A stretch of 64,000 bases of DNA from Cyanophora paradoxa CCMP329 (lineage: Eukaryota; Plantae; Glaucophyta). Below the pieces are notes generated by a model. That model was not told the DNA's origin, ran no database searches, and worked only from the letters and a program-made list of their open reading frames with translations. The position numbers and the translations under genes were made by a program. Each line of letters starts with the position of its first letter. The stretch's first letter is position 1. Of the stretch, positions 47,396 through 60,300 are shown piece by piece. The stretch spans positions 434,001 to 498,000 of the forward strand of contig QPMI01000040.1 in assembly GCA_004431415.1 (NCBI GenBank), given 5' to 3'.

Positions 47396-48277
47396 CTGGC
47401 ACCGGCGCGCGGGGCGGAGGTGCGGGCGGCGGTGCGGTTCGCCGGGCGGGGCGGAGGCACTGTGGGCGGCCGCCGGGCGGCGCTGCGCGCAGGCCCAGGC
47501 CTAGCCGCCTACGCCTAGCATTATACTTAGTTGTATAGGTAGTCGCTGAGTATTACTTACTAAGTTATATATAATTAGTTGTTGTATTCTGTCAGCGTCC
47601 CTACTTTAGACCCCACCTTGCACCTCCTGAGACGAGTGGGGGCGGGGGCGAGTCGAAGACCTAGTAAGTGCTTGAGAGCCGCGCGTTGGTGACCGCGCGC
47701 CTACGTACGTACGCGTGGAGCCGCGCTCGTGGCAGGCAGCGGGGGTTACAGAATTTGGATGGGAAAGAGCGCGTTCGCCATTTGCTGACCAATGGGACCC
47801 TTCCTTCTATATTTTTCTTTCGTGAAGAACTTCGTTCGCGACCCAGTCTCGGCTTGGAGCTTGGACGTAAATCCGATTCGTCGGCTTGAATAGAAGCCAG
47901 TTTCGGTGCAGTCGTCGAGATCCGGCTTGACGTCTAGCTGACGAATGGGATTTCGATTCCGGCTCCAAGCCGACAAAAGCCGGATTTCGGCGCCATCTCC
48001 TGCTTCAGCCTTGCATGCGCGAGGTGCGCTTGGAACTAGTCTAGGCTGAAGTTCATGTGCTCCATCTTTTCCAAGTGAAGCCGAGTCCAGGGTCTCCTCC
48101 CCTCCAGAGATTCAGGGGGGATTTTCATTTCGATTCGGTGTTAGTGCCCGAAAACGTTCGAATCAGGCAAAATGAGTATCATTTTCGGGATCCCAGAGGC
48201 CGAAAATGGGGTAGTAGGTCGATTCGTTTATGCTAAATTTTGATGGCGGTGGCAAATTATGCCCAGCTGCAGCACCA

Positions 48278-48610
48278 ACCTAAGGGCCTCTCCTTTCCCC
48301 AAGGCCGATATGCATGGGTCTCTGACTGGGCCGGCCGCCGATTCTGAGCGAAGAGACCAGAGGTTCTACTGTTCACTGCTTAGATGTCACATCGAGCTAT
48401 TAATATTTGGTGTGCACGTGTGCTCATGAAGCGCGATGGCTCAGAATGCGGCCGTCAGAAATCGGCCTTGGGGAAAGGAGAGGCCCTTAGGTCTGTGCCT
48501 GTCCTGTCCGGGATCGGCCTTGGAGAAAGGAGATGCACTTATATAATTATATTAGGTATGTGCCTATCCTGTCTGTAAATCGGCCTTGGGGAAAGGAGAG
48601 GCCCTTAGGT
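48278..48610. mobile_element. Foldback/MITE-like element with a 32-bp motif in inverted and direct copies
   Basis: ACCTAAGGGCCTCTCCTTTCCCCAAGGCCGAT (48278-48309) is the exact reverse complement of 48461-48492 and 48579-48610; partial copy near 48513-48533. Confidence 0.6.
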
Positions 48611-49394
48611 CTGTTGGTCACTTGTCACAAAATTTTAGAAAGCGAAATTCGTATATTTGGGATCCGATTTGCATTAGCACACAACAACAACTACTAGGAG
48701 TTTCACATCGCTCAGCTTATCTCTCCGACTAAATAACACTGGGGACCGTCGAGTGCTGTGCTCTGTCTACGATTGGTTGCGAGGTTTTGCTTCTAAGTAC
48801 CTACCTACTTACACAACCGGCCTAGTTATAATATCATCTATAACTAGGGCTAGATTTGGTAATGAAGGGAGAGAAGGTGAAGTAGAGGGGCTGAGTTGAG
48901 AGGGAGAAAGGGGAAGCTTGATGCGCACGCCGTCGGCCCCCATTGGAGCCGCCGACTCTGGCCGGATTACGCCGGCACGCCGCGCCTCAGGGCACCAAAT
49001 CCCCCCCGCCTCCCTCCGCCTCCAGCCACCCCAGTCCTCACCCCGCCCCGTCCCCCCTTACCCACCACTGGTTCATGAGCCCGCGGCGGAAACATTGAGG
49101 GACTGGCGCTCTGCCAGCCATCGACGTCATACTGCCTTTGCAGCCTGTCAAGAGCAACTGACAGAAAGCCAATATGCTTTGTCAACGGCACCCAAAGGAA
49201 GGTAGAATGGTGTGGTGGTGCCTTTCAAGGCAAAAGGAAGAAGCCATGCGGGAGCTACTAGTGCTGACCGAGGCAAGAAACTAGTGCAAGGGACTACTCG
49301 CTGATCAGAAGGCAAATGGATGAGCAAATCAATGAGTATGAAAACTACAAGAAAGAGAGCTCTGCAGTGCAAGATGCAAGAGGAGACGGTAAAT

Positions 49395-52300
49395 CTAGTG
49401 CTGCTGGGCAGAGCTAAGGATGTGCATGAGGGCCGCCTGCGCGCCGGCGTGGGAGAGAGCGATGGGGGCAGAGAGCATAATCTGAGAGGCATCGAATGGG
49501 AATCCTCCTGGGTACAGGACTGGCTGCATGAAAGCCTGCTGGCCGGGCGCGCGCTGGCGGTGCGGGCCAGCGGCTCCCGGAGCTGCTACGCCGGGGTGGA
49601 AGGGGCCCGCCAACCAGGGCGACTGGCCGTGGGCGGGAGCGTAGGCGGTGGGCGGCGCGCCCGCCCACGCGAACGATGGCGCCTGCTGGAAGAAGTGGGC
49701 GGGGGCGTTCGAGGCGGAGACCGCCTCCGCGTAGGAGGGCCGGGGGCGCTTCGAATTCGAATTCGAGCCCGCAGGCGTGAAGAACTCCTCGCGCGGGTCC
49801 GGATCCGGCTCGCTGGCCCCGCGCTTCGCACTCGCGCGGCCGGCGTTGCCGCCGCCGCCGCCACGCCCGCCGCCGCCCACTGGCTCCGCGCCTCCACTTG
49901 CCTGTCCGGCGCTGGGGTTGCCGGGGGCGCCGTCCGAACGGCCGCCCGGGCGGCCGCCCGAGCGGCCGCTGGGGGCGCTGTTGGGCGCCCCGCGCCGGTC
50001 AGGGCATTCTATGTGGCGGTGCCCGTAGAGGCACGTCATGCGGTGGCGCCAGCAAGCCGGGGGCAGGCGGCGGTTGCCGGGCCGCCGGGCGGGGAAGGCA
50101 CGCCAGAGGGTGTAATCGGTCGGCTCGAAGCCGTCCGAGCCCAGGAAGGACGCGTTCGACGTCAGAACCGTGTAGCCCTTCGGGGTCGCTGCACTGGCTG
50201 CCGGCTCCATGAAGACCTCCAGTTTCTCCGCCTCCTCGGGCGTGAGACGAAGGCTGAGCATTTCCATGGGGCGCAGAGACGCGCCCAGCTTGAATCCGCA
50301 GTGGTGGTACGCGAGGACGATGTCGACTGGCATAGCCGACATCACGCGAGCCATCTGAGCAGCATGTCCAGGTCAAGTGGCGCCCTCGCCCGTTCGTCCC
50401 GGGCGGCATACCTGGAATTTTGCCGCTCGTTTGATTGCGAGGGTGAAGACTCGGGTGCCGCTGAAGTCGGGGGCCTCTTCCCGCCGCCACGCAGTGATCG
50501 GGCAGGACTGAAAGCGGAGCTCGAAGATCTCGCTGAGCTCGCACAGCCTGGCGTGGCTTTCGTTCATGTCTGAATATTAATATTCAGCAACTGAACAAGC
50601 TCACCGTTTGGCGAGCATCGGGTTCGCAATGGTGACGTAGTCTCGGCGGGTCCACCGCCATCTCGTGGCCTTTTACGGCTCCTGGCGTGCCTGCGCGGCA
50701 CTTGACAACGAAGCCCAGAATCATTGCATCAATCTGAATGACGAGCCTCAGACAACCCAATCGTGGCCGCGATCGGACCCAATCAAGTACGGACCATGTC
50801 TTCGGAGTAAGGCAGTTTGCCGGGCGCGATGTCGCGCTCCGCCTGGCGGAGAAGAGCGCGGATGAAATGCATCACCGCCTTGTACGTTTCTTCTGAATAG
50901 TTGCCATCTGGCCGGAGATCGCCTCGCGAAGAAAAGACGGGGCAGCCGTCGAGAACAATCTGCTCCGCATGATCGGGATCGTGCAGAAGGATCCAGCGGT
51001 GTGGTTTCCGCTGCATATGCATGCGCGCCGTCAATATACGACTGCTGCGCACGCTACAAAGCGGCTAGCGGACCTCGAGCACGGGCCCAAAGCAGGTGAT
51101 CTTGGTCACCTCGTGCACTTGCGCTGTGCAAGTCTTGACGTTGAGCCGCCTTTTCATCTCATCGAGCCACTGCCGCACATCAAGTCAGCTTAAGCAAAAG
51201 GATCGGAGAAAGTTTCCAGTGCTCGAGACCGACCTTCTTCGCTGATGAGAAAGTCAGTCCGTCCATGACGTGGGGCGGAGCTTCAATCGCTATGCAGCCC
51301 TGGTACGGGCAGTGCTCCCACAGCTTGGTGCCCGAGCCAGCACCGATTCCACGCTGGTCGAATGTCTGGGGCTTCCGAGTCAGCCGCGCGGCGGCGACAT
51401 TATGCGCACGCTGAGTACGGACCTCGAGGAGCATTGCCGTGCGCTCCTCCATCGGCGCTATGGCGCTCCCGTCCCAGTCCGCGGTCTTGCCAGCGTACTT
51501 TGGCGGGACGAGCTCGTCCGGCTTGAAGTAGAGAACGACCTTGTCGTTCGGGCCCAAAGGCACTTCCACGTCCCCTTGCGAGGTAGTCAGCATAAGTAAG
51601 CAAGTATCGTGGTCTTGCGCATTCATCTCGGCACCTGTACCGGCCGATGACTGGCCGGCAGCACTTGCAGATGGGCCTTCGGCCTCCTCGCCGCCCTCAG
51701 CGCCGCCCTCGGCGTACTCCTCATCTCCACCGTAGTCCTCAGCATCTTCGAGAACTTCTTCATCTCTCTGTTGGTCGATTAGCTCGGTTACGCAAAGTGC
51801 CATCAGCTACTCTCACCAGCGGCTGTTCCGGAACTTCGGGAGGCGCCGGAGCAGCGGGATGGACCGGAGCAGCAGCTGCTGCTGCCGGAGCAGGCGGCGC
51901 TGCAGCACCATGCGCTGGGGGCCGCGCCTGCGGGTTCTACGCGGAAGTCAATCCCACGATTGCAAGATCATCTTCCTAACAAGCGCACCGATGAGGCGGG
52001 CGCGGCCGGAGCAGGATGCTGAGGAGCGTGGGCCTTCGCCCCAGCCTTGATCTACGGATCCGTTGGGATCAACTCTCCCGGGAAGGCGTGGGTCCCACGC
52101 CAATGACCGCACGCTCACCGATGCCGCCGGAGCGGTCGGCTTCGCAGTCTGCGCTGTTGCGGCATGCTTCGCAGGCGCCGCCGGCTTCGCCGCGGCCGCA
52201 GCCGGAGCATGATCAGATGGTGGCGTGAAGGGGAGCCGCCGACGCACTGGCGCCGGCGAGTGAATGCTTCCACTCGATGAGCTCTGCGAATGCCATTAAG
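49395..52300 (-). CDS. Multi-exon gene resembling LINE ORF1/gag-like nucleic-acid-binding proteins; boundaries approximate
   Basis: Spliceable exons of lower GC than neighbouring host genes; 'SGTRVFTLAIK..MPVDIVL', Zn-knuckle-like 'CWRHRMTCLYGHRHIECP', then low-complexity 'KRPRPSYAEAVS'. Confidence 0.45.
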
Positions 52301-53170
52301 CGTTCAGGCCGCGGGCACTCACATCGCGCGGCGAACTCGGAATGGCCGCAGAGAATTCAATTATTGAATCGGCCCATTCGCACGCGCACCATGGTTGCTG
52401 GACGCAGAAAAAATCAATCGTCACGCTCGCGATCGGAGGTCGTGGAATCAAGAATGCAGGCTCCTGCGTGTCGGTCGCGCAGTTTTGAAAACATTTCCGC
52501 GGAGCAGCGGCGCGGCTCAAAGCAGGACAGGAAGAGGGGCTTCTGACACCGACAGCAAGGGGAAGAGGGGCTTCCGTAACGATCCAATGCGCCGGGGAGG
52601 CGATTCAAGCATTTTGGCCAAAAATTTAAATTTTCGGCGCCAAAATTCCGCGCGCGCGGCCAGGGGGCCGCGCTGACATCCTACATGCACTAGCACCCCA
52701 TTTCTCCCCGCGTGGCGGCGCGCTAGCGTACCTTTCCGGACCGCCTGCTCTTTTTCCCGGGTACCGGAATCACCGAAATTCGTATATTTGAAGACACGTA
52801 CTACCCCATTTCATAATTAGACCCTGGGGAGCACGATGGTCCGGCCCGTTTTCCTATGAGAGGCCTCTAATGGGCAGTAACAGCACGTCGAAAAGCACAG
52901 AAAAGCATTTTCCCGGAAAAAAAATAGAAAGCGCAAATCACATTGGCCTTCCAAGTCGAAATTTGAAAATTAATAATTTGAAGAGACCGCACCCCATTCG
53001 CTAGGAAATAGTCTCCAAATTAACGGAGCGCCATCTGGCCGGCCAGCAAATTTGTATGAGTCAGGGTCATTGTGTGCCACGAGGTGGGTTTTAAATATAC
53101 TTAATGCGTTAGTTGAAAGATTATCAAAATAAACAATTTAGACAGAGCCTTATTACTGCGAAAAACATTC

Positions 53171-53804
53171 TTTTTTTTTTTTGAGAGACTACGGTGGGGC
53201 GAACCCCCCGTAGGTAGTAATATTAGGGACAACAAAGCAATCACAAATCAAAGAAACAGGAAACTAGCACAAAATACAGAATCAAGAGGGATCACGAGAA
53301 GGGACACGATCAGAAGAACGCAAAAGATAAGGAGAACGAGCACGAGGAGAAGGAGTAGAAGAGCTCAGGGACGTCGACGCAGAAGTACTAGTCACACTAC
53401 GAGGAGCACGGGGACGCAGCGAATAAGGAGAACGAGCACGAGGAACTACAGTCGAAGACGAAGATCTAGACGAAGACGACAAGACAGAGCTAACAGCAGA
53501 ACTAGAAGACGTAGTCGCAGGAGGCAGATCGAGAGGTGGCAGAACAGTAGGAGAGGCGAAACGTAGGACACCACTAGAGGGGAGAATCAAAGCTGGCGGA
53601 GTGTCTAAACGGAATCGAGGTTGTATAGTTGGTACTACGGTAAAACAATGGACGGCTGAAGACTAATCTGAGGAACTGGGGACGACACGAGGAAAGGGGC
53701 AGAACTCGGATTCAGACTCGGAATCGGCAGTATAAGAGGAGGGGCGAAACGCAAGCCAGTAGTGACAGGGAAGGCAGACGATGGGGCTGAACCAGGCGGG
53801 AGAG
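53171..53804 (-). mobile_element. 5'-truncated non-LTR retroelement 3' end with polyA tail and 6-bp target-site duplication
   Basis: T12 at 53171-53182, stem-loop 53189-53213, strong purine/pyrimidine strand asymmetry, Ser/Pro-rich ORF end (stop 53282), ACATTC at 53165-53170 and 53805-53810. Confidence 0.72.
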
Positions 53805-54326
53805 ACATTCAAATGATTCATAGATAATTATTAACCACCTCCAAAAATTAAAGCGCCGAAAGTTGTTTTCATTCAGCTGAGACGACCAATGGGCCCCTCG
53901 GGGCCTGTACTCGGTACAACTGCGGCCGATTGGGCCGCGCATCGATATCTGTACCCTTGCGGCACAACTCTGTAACCTCTCACTTGAGTGTGAGTTGCAT
54001 GCCCGTGGCCATGGCTGCGAATGAACATGCAGTTGCATACTAGTTCTTTGATCACAATTTGGATCACAAGGAATCAAAATCTTCGCAATAAACAAATCCT
54101 AGGCGTTCTGCGAAGAACTACTATATATAGCTAACTACGTATACTATACACTAGCACTAAAATAAGATGGACCAGTTGTAACTGCCACGTACTTAAATTC
54201 TAGCTCTGCAGTACTTAAATTCTAGCTCTGCATAGAAAGATGGGGAATGTGCGCAAATAGCAGAAGTACAATAGTAGATAGAATCAATAAGATTTAACTA
54301 AATGATAGCCTCAGCGTCTCGGACGC

Positions 54327-57300
54327 TCAGCGACGGAGGGGTACCTCTGCTTTCGGCATAGTCGTGCAGAACCACGTCACTGAGGGGTGTGCAACACAGA
54401 TGCACATTGCGGTCGATGCGCTGCCTGCCGGGATCCGTGCCACAGGGCCGCCGCTATCAGAGATTCTCGTTTCTTTAGTGCAGGATCTAGCCGAGGCAAC
54501 AGAGAGGTCAATACATCGAAAACAGAGAGGATTGCAATCGCAAAGACGCACGACGACGATACGACGATATACGCGATGTACCCAGCCCCACTCTCTGTGC
54601 ACTGCGGAAGGTACACGTTGTAGACTGACGTAGTACCGCTGCAGTTGACGGCGATGATGTTCTTGTGCGTGCTGTACGGCGTGCTGGCCGCAATACTGTA
54701 GGTCGTAGCGGCGTTCCCAGTGTACGATAGCTTGCCTGCAAGAGCATTCATATTAGAGCGATGCAGACATGCGAGAAATCAGCTCGAAGACGCACTCAGA
54801 TAAACCGTGCCGTCCGAGGCCGAAACAGTGAACTTGTTTGTTCCAACATTCACTCCCCCGTACGAATTGATGAGCCCGGTGACTGCTTGAGCGCCTGTGA
54901 TGGATGCCGCGCCAGTCACACCCAGAGTTCCTGTGATCAACGTGCTGCCCGTTTCGTCGACTGTAAATCGGTTTATAGCGCCTGTGGCACCGGAATTGAC
55001 CACCAGTCCAATGCGCGCAGTCAGGAGCCCATTGACAGTGACTGCGTCGGAAGCGGTCACTGCGCCCGTGAATGTCGAGGCACTCGTAACTTTGAGCGTT
55101 CCTGCAGCTTCAACGTTTCCGGACGCGTCGACTGTGAACATCGTTCCCATCACAGTGACACCGCCGTTAGCGTTGATCGCGCCCGTGAACGTCGACACTC
55201 CAGTGACGTCGAGGGTGCCTGAAATGTCGACGGTTCCTGCAGCGTCAACTGAGAACATCGATGTGGCCACGTTGATGCCGCCGTTGGCGTTCAGAAGCGC
55301 CGAGCTGGTCGTGGTGCCCGTGATGCCGAGTGTGCCCGTAACCAACATGTTTCCTGACGCGTCTACGGTGAGCCGGTTCAGCCGAACATTGATCCCGCCA
55401 ATTGCGTGTAACAATCCCGTCATAGTAGCAGTCCCAGTGACGCCGAGAGTTCCCGATACGAGGGCATTGCCCGATCGGTCGACGACGAAGCGGCTCGTCG
55501 CAACATTGATGCCTCCGTTAGCGTTTAGGATGCCAGTCGACGTCGAAGTGCCCGTAACGCCTAGCGTGCCAGAGACGAGCACACTTCCCGAAGAGGACAC
55601 CGAGAACCTGTTCACAGTGTTCACAGACACAGCCAGGCCGTCGTTCGCGTTGATGAGGCCAGTCCATGTCGAGGAGCCAGTGACGCCGACGGAGCCCGAA
55701 ACAAGAAGGGTTCCAGACACGCCGACATTGCCCGCAGCGTCCACAGTGAACATCGATGTGGCCACGTTGATACCGCCGTCAGCGTTCAGAAGAGCAGAGC
55801 TGGTCGTGGTGCCCGTGATGCCAAGTGTGCCCGTGATCAGCGTATTGCCCGACATGTCAATAGTGAGCTGGTCCAGGCGCACGTTGATCCCGCCGTTCGC
55901 GTTCAGCAGACCTGCGCTTGAGGCCGTGCCGCTCACGCTCGCCGAGCCCAGCACCGTCAGCAGGCCCGTCATGGTCGCGGTCCCAGTCACTCCGATGGTG
56001 CCGGAGACGAGGGTGTTGCCCGAGGCATCAACGACGAATCTGTTCGACCGAACATTGATCCCTCCATTCGCGTTGAGCAGGCCAGTCAAAGTCTGAGTGC
56101 CAGTCACGCCCAAGGTGCCAGCGACGAGAACACTGCCTGAAGACGTGACCACGAACTTGTTCGCCGCCACATTCAGCCCGCCGTTCGCGTTCACGAGGCC
56201 AGTCCATGTCGAGGAGCCAGTGACGCCGACGGAGCCCGAAACAGAGAGAGTTCCAGACACGCCGACATTGCCCGCAGCGTCCACAGTGAACATCGATGTG
56301 GCCACGTTTATGCCCCCGTCAGCGTTCAGGAGTGCCGTGCTGGTCGTGGTGCCCGTGATGCCAAGCGTGCCCGTGATCAGCGTATTGCCCGACATATCGA
56401 CGGTGAGCTGGTCCAAGCGCACGTTGATCCCGCCGTTCGCGTTCAGCAGCCCCGTCATGGTCGCGGTCCCAGTCACTCCGATGGTGCCGGAGACGAGGGT
56501 GTTGCCCGAGGCGTCGATACTCAACTGGTTCCATCGAACATTCAATCCCCCGTTCGCGTTGAGCAGGCCCGTCATGGTCGCAGTCCCAGTCACTCCGATG
56601 GTGCCGGAGACGAGGGTGTTGCCCGAGGCATCAACGACGAATCTGTTCGACCGAACATTGATCCCTCCATTCGCGTTGAGCAGGCCAGTCAAAGTCTGAG
56701 TGCCAGTCACGCCCAAGGTGCCAGCGACGAGAACACTGCCTGAAGACGTGACCACGAACTTGTTCGCCGCCACATTCAGCCCGCCGTTCGCGTTCACGAG
56801 GCCAGTCCATGTCGAGGAGCCAGTGACGCCGACGGAGCCCGAAACAGAGAGAGTTCCAGACACGCCGACATTGCCCGCAGCGTCCACAGTGAACATCGAT
56901 GTGGCCACGTTGATACCGCCGTCAGCGTTCAGGAGTGCCGTGCTGGTCGTAGTGCCCGTGATGCCAAGCGTGCCCGTGATCAGCGTATTGCCCGACATGT
57001 CAATAGTGAGCTGGTCCAAGCGCACGTTGATCCCGCCATTCGCGTTCAGCAGCCCCGACATGGTCGCAGTCCCAGTCACTCCGATGGTGCCGGAGACGAG
57101 GGTGTTGCCCGAGGCGTCGATACTCAATTGGTTCCATCGAACATTCAATCCCCCGTTCGCGTTGAGCAGGCCAGTCGATGTTAAAGTACCAGTTATGCGA
57201 AGAACCCCAGTAACCAGAGCGTTGCCAGAGGAATCCACGACGAACTTGTTGGATCGAACATTGAAACCGCCAAGAGCATTAAGCAAGCCTGTAGACGTCA

Positions 57301-60300
57301 TTGTCCCCGATATCCCGACCATTCCTGTCGCCAGCACGTTGCCCGAGATGTCGACGCTGAGTCTGTTGGAGAGCACGTTCAGCCCGCCATTCGCATTCAT
57401 CAGGCCTGCGCTGGTGGTGGTTCCGCTCACGCTCGCCGAGCCCAGCACCGTTAGCAAGCCCGTGCTCGTCACTGTGCCCGTCACTCCCAGGGCGCCCGTA
57501 GCCAGCACGTTCCCTGAGGCGTCCACCACGAACTTGTTCGCGCCTACTGCGAGGCCTCCATCCATGGAGAACGAGCCCAGCAGAGAAAGGAGCCCCGTGC
57601 TTGTCACCGTGCCCGTCACACCCAGGGATCCGGTCACGAGTGCGTTACCCGAGATGTCGACCGCGAAACGGTTCGCCAGCACGTTCAGCCCGCCGTTCGC
57701 GTTCACAAGGCCCGCGCTGGTGGTGGTTCCGCTCACGCTCGCCGAGCCCAGCACCGTCAGCAGGCCCGTGCTCGTCACCGTGCCCGTCACGCCCAGCGAC
57801 CCAGTCACAAGCGCGTTGCCCGAGATGTCGACCGCGAAACGGTTCGACAGCACGTTCAGCCCGCCGTTCGCGTTCACAAGGCCCGCGCTGGTGGTGGTTC
57901 CGCTAACGCTCGCCGAGCCCAGCACCGTCAGCAGGCCCGTGCTGGTCACTGTGCCCGTCACTCCCAGGGCGCCCGTAGCCAGCACGTTCCCTGAGGCGTC
58001 CACCACGAACTTGTTCGTGCCTACTGCGAGGCCTCCATCCATGGAGAACGAGCCCAGCAGAGAAAGGAGCCCCGTGCTCGTCACCGTGCCCGTCACGCCC
58101 AGCGACCCAGTCACAAGCGCATTGCCCGAGATGTCGACTGCGAAACGGTTCGACAGCACGTTCAGCCCGCCGTTCGCGTTCACAAGGCCTGCGCTGGTGG
58201 TGGTTCCGCTCACGCTCGCCGAGCCCAGCACCGTCAGCAGGCCCGTGCTGGTCACCGTGCCCGTCACTCCCAGGGCGCCCGTAGCCAGCACGTTCCCTGA
58301 GGCGTCCACCACGAACTTGTTTGTGCCTACTGCGAGGCCTCCATCCATGGAGAACGAGCCCAGCAGAGAAAGGAGCCCCGTGCTTGTCACCGTGCCCGTC
58401 ACACCCAGGGATCCGGTCACGAGTGCGTTACCCGAGATGTCGACCGCGAAACGGTTCGCCAGCACGTTCAGCCCGCCGTTTGCGTTCACAAGGCCCGCGC
58501 TGGTGGTGGTTCCGCTCACGCTCGCCGAGCCCAGCACCGTCAGCAGGCCCGTGCTGGTTACTGTGCCCGTCACGCCCAGCGACCCAGTCACAAGCGCGTT
58601 ACCCGAGATGTCGACCGCGAAACGGTTCGCCAGCACGTTCAGCCCGCCGTTTGCGTTCACAAGGCCTGCGCTGGTGGTGGTTCCGCTCACGCTCGCCGAG
58701 CCCAGCACCGTCAGCAGGCCCGTGCTCGTCACCGTGCCCGTCACGCCCAGCGACCCAGTCACAAGCGCGTTGCCCGAGATGTCGACCGCGAAACGGTTCG
58801 ACAGCACATTCAGCCCCCCGTTTGCGTTCACAAGGCCCGCGCTGGTGGTGGTTCCGCTCACGCTCGCCGAGCCCAGCACCGTCAGAAGGCCCGTGCTGGT
58901 CACTGTGCCCGTCACTCCCAGGGCGCCCGTAGCCAGCACGTTCCCTGAGGCGTCCACCACGAACTTGTTCGTGCCTACTGCGAGGCCTCCATCCATGGAG
59001 AACGAGCCCAGCAGAGAAAGGAGCCCCGTGCTTGTCACCGTGCCCGTCACACCCAGGGATCCGGTCACGAGTGCGTTACCCGAGGCGTCGACCGCGAAAC
59101 GGTTCGCCAGCACGTTCAGCCCGCCGTTTGCGTTCACAAGGCCCGCGCTGGTGGTGGTTCCGCTCACGCTCGCCGAGCCCAGCACCGTCAGCAGGCCCGT
59201 GCTGGTTACCGTGCCCGTCACGCCCAGCGACCCAGTCACAAGCGCGTTGCCCGAGATGTCAACCGCGAAACGGTTCGACAGCACATTCAGCCCCCCGTTT
59301 GCGTTCACAAGGCCCGCGCTGGTGGTGGTTCCGCTCACGCTCGCCGAGCCCAGCACCGTCAGCAGGCCCGTGCTGGTAACCGTGCCCGTCACGCCCAGCG
59401 ACCCAGTCACAAGCGCGTTGCCCGAGATGTCGACTGCGAAACGGTTCGACAGCACATTCAGCCCGCCGTTCGCGTTCACAAGGCCTGCGCTGGTGGTGGT
59501 TCCGCTCACGCTCGCCGAGCCCAGCACCGTCAGAAGGCCCGTGCTGGTCACTGTGCCCGTCACTCCCAGGGCGCCCGTAGCCAGCACGTTCCCTGAGGCG
59601 TCCACCACGAACTTGTTCGTGCCTACTGCGAGGCCTCCATCCATGGAGAACGAGCCCAGCAGAGAAAGGAGCCCCGTGCTTGTCACCGTGCCCGTCACAC
59701 CCAGGGATCCGGTCACGAGTGCGTTACCCGAGATGTCGACCGCGAAACGGTTCGCCAGCACGTTCAGCCCGCCGTTTGCGTTCACAAGGCCCGCGCTGGT
59801 GGTGGTTCCGCTCACGCTCGCCGAGCCCAGCACCGTCAGTAGGCCCGTGCTGGTTACCGTGCCCGTCACGCCCAGCGACCCAGTCACAAGCGCGTTGCCC
59901 GAGATGTCAACCGCGAAACGGTTCGACAGCACATTCAGCCCCCCGTTTGCGTTCACAATGCCTGCGCTGGTGGTGGTTCCGCTCACGCTCGCCGAGCCCA
60001 GCACCGTCAGCAGGCCCGTGCTGGTAACCGTGCCCGTCACGCCCAGGGCGCCCGTAGCCAGCACGTTCCCTGAGGCGTCCACCACGAACTTGTTCGTGCC
60101 TACTGCGAGGCCTCCATCCATGGAGAACGAGCCCAGCAGAGAAAGGAGCCCCGTGCTTGTCACCGTGCCCGTAACACCCAGGGATCCGGTCACGAGTGCG
60201 TTACCCGAGGCGTCGACCGCGAAACGGTTCGCCAGCACGTTCAGCCCGCCGTTCGCGTTCACCAGGCCCGCGCTGGTGGTGGTTCCGCTCACGCTCGCCG

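Noticed and set aside
13100-47500. Hundreds of Arg/Pro/Ala/Gly-rich ORFs in the track
   Set aside because: Expected from very high GC and read-through of short introns; no family motifs.
53922-53952. Helitron-like 3' hairpin GCGGCC-GATTG-GGCCGC
   Set aside because: Not followed by a CTRR end at the expected distance and no Rep/helicase nearby.
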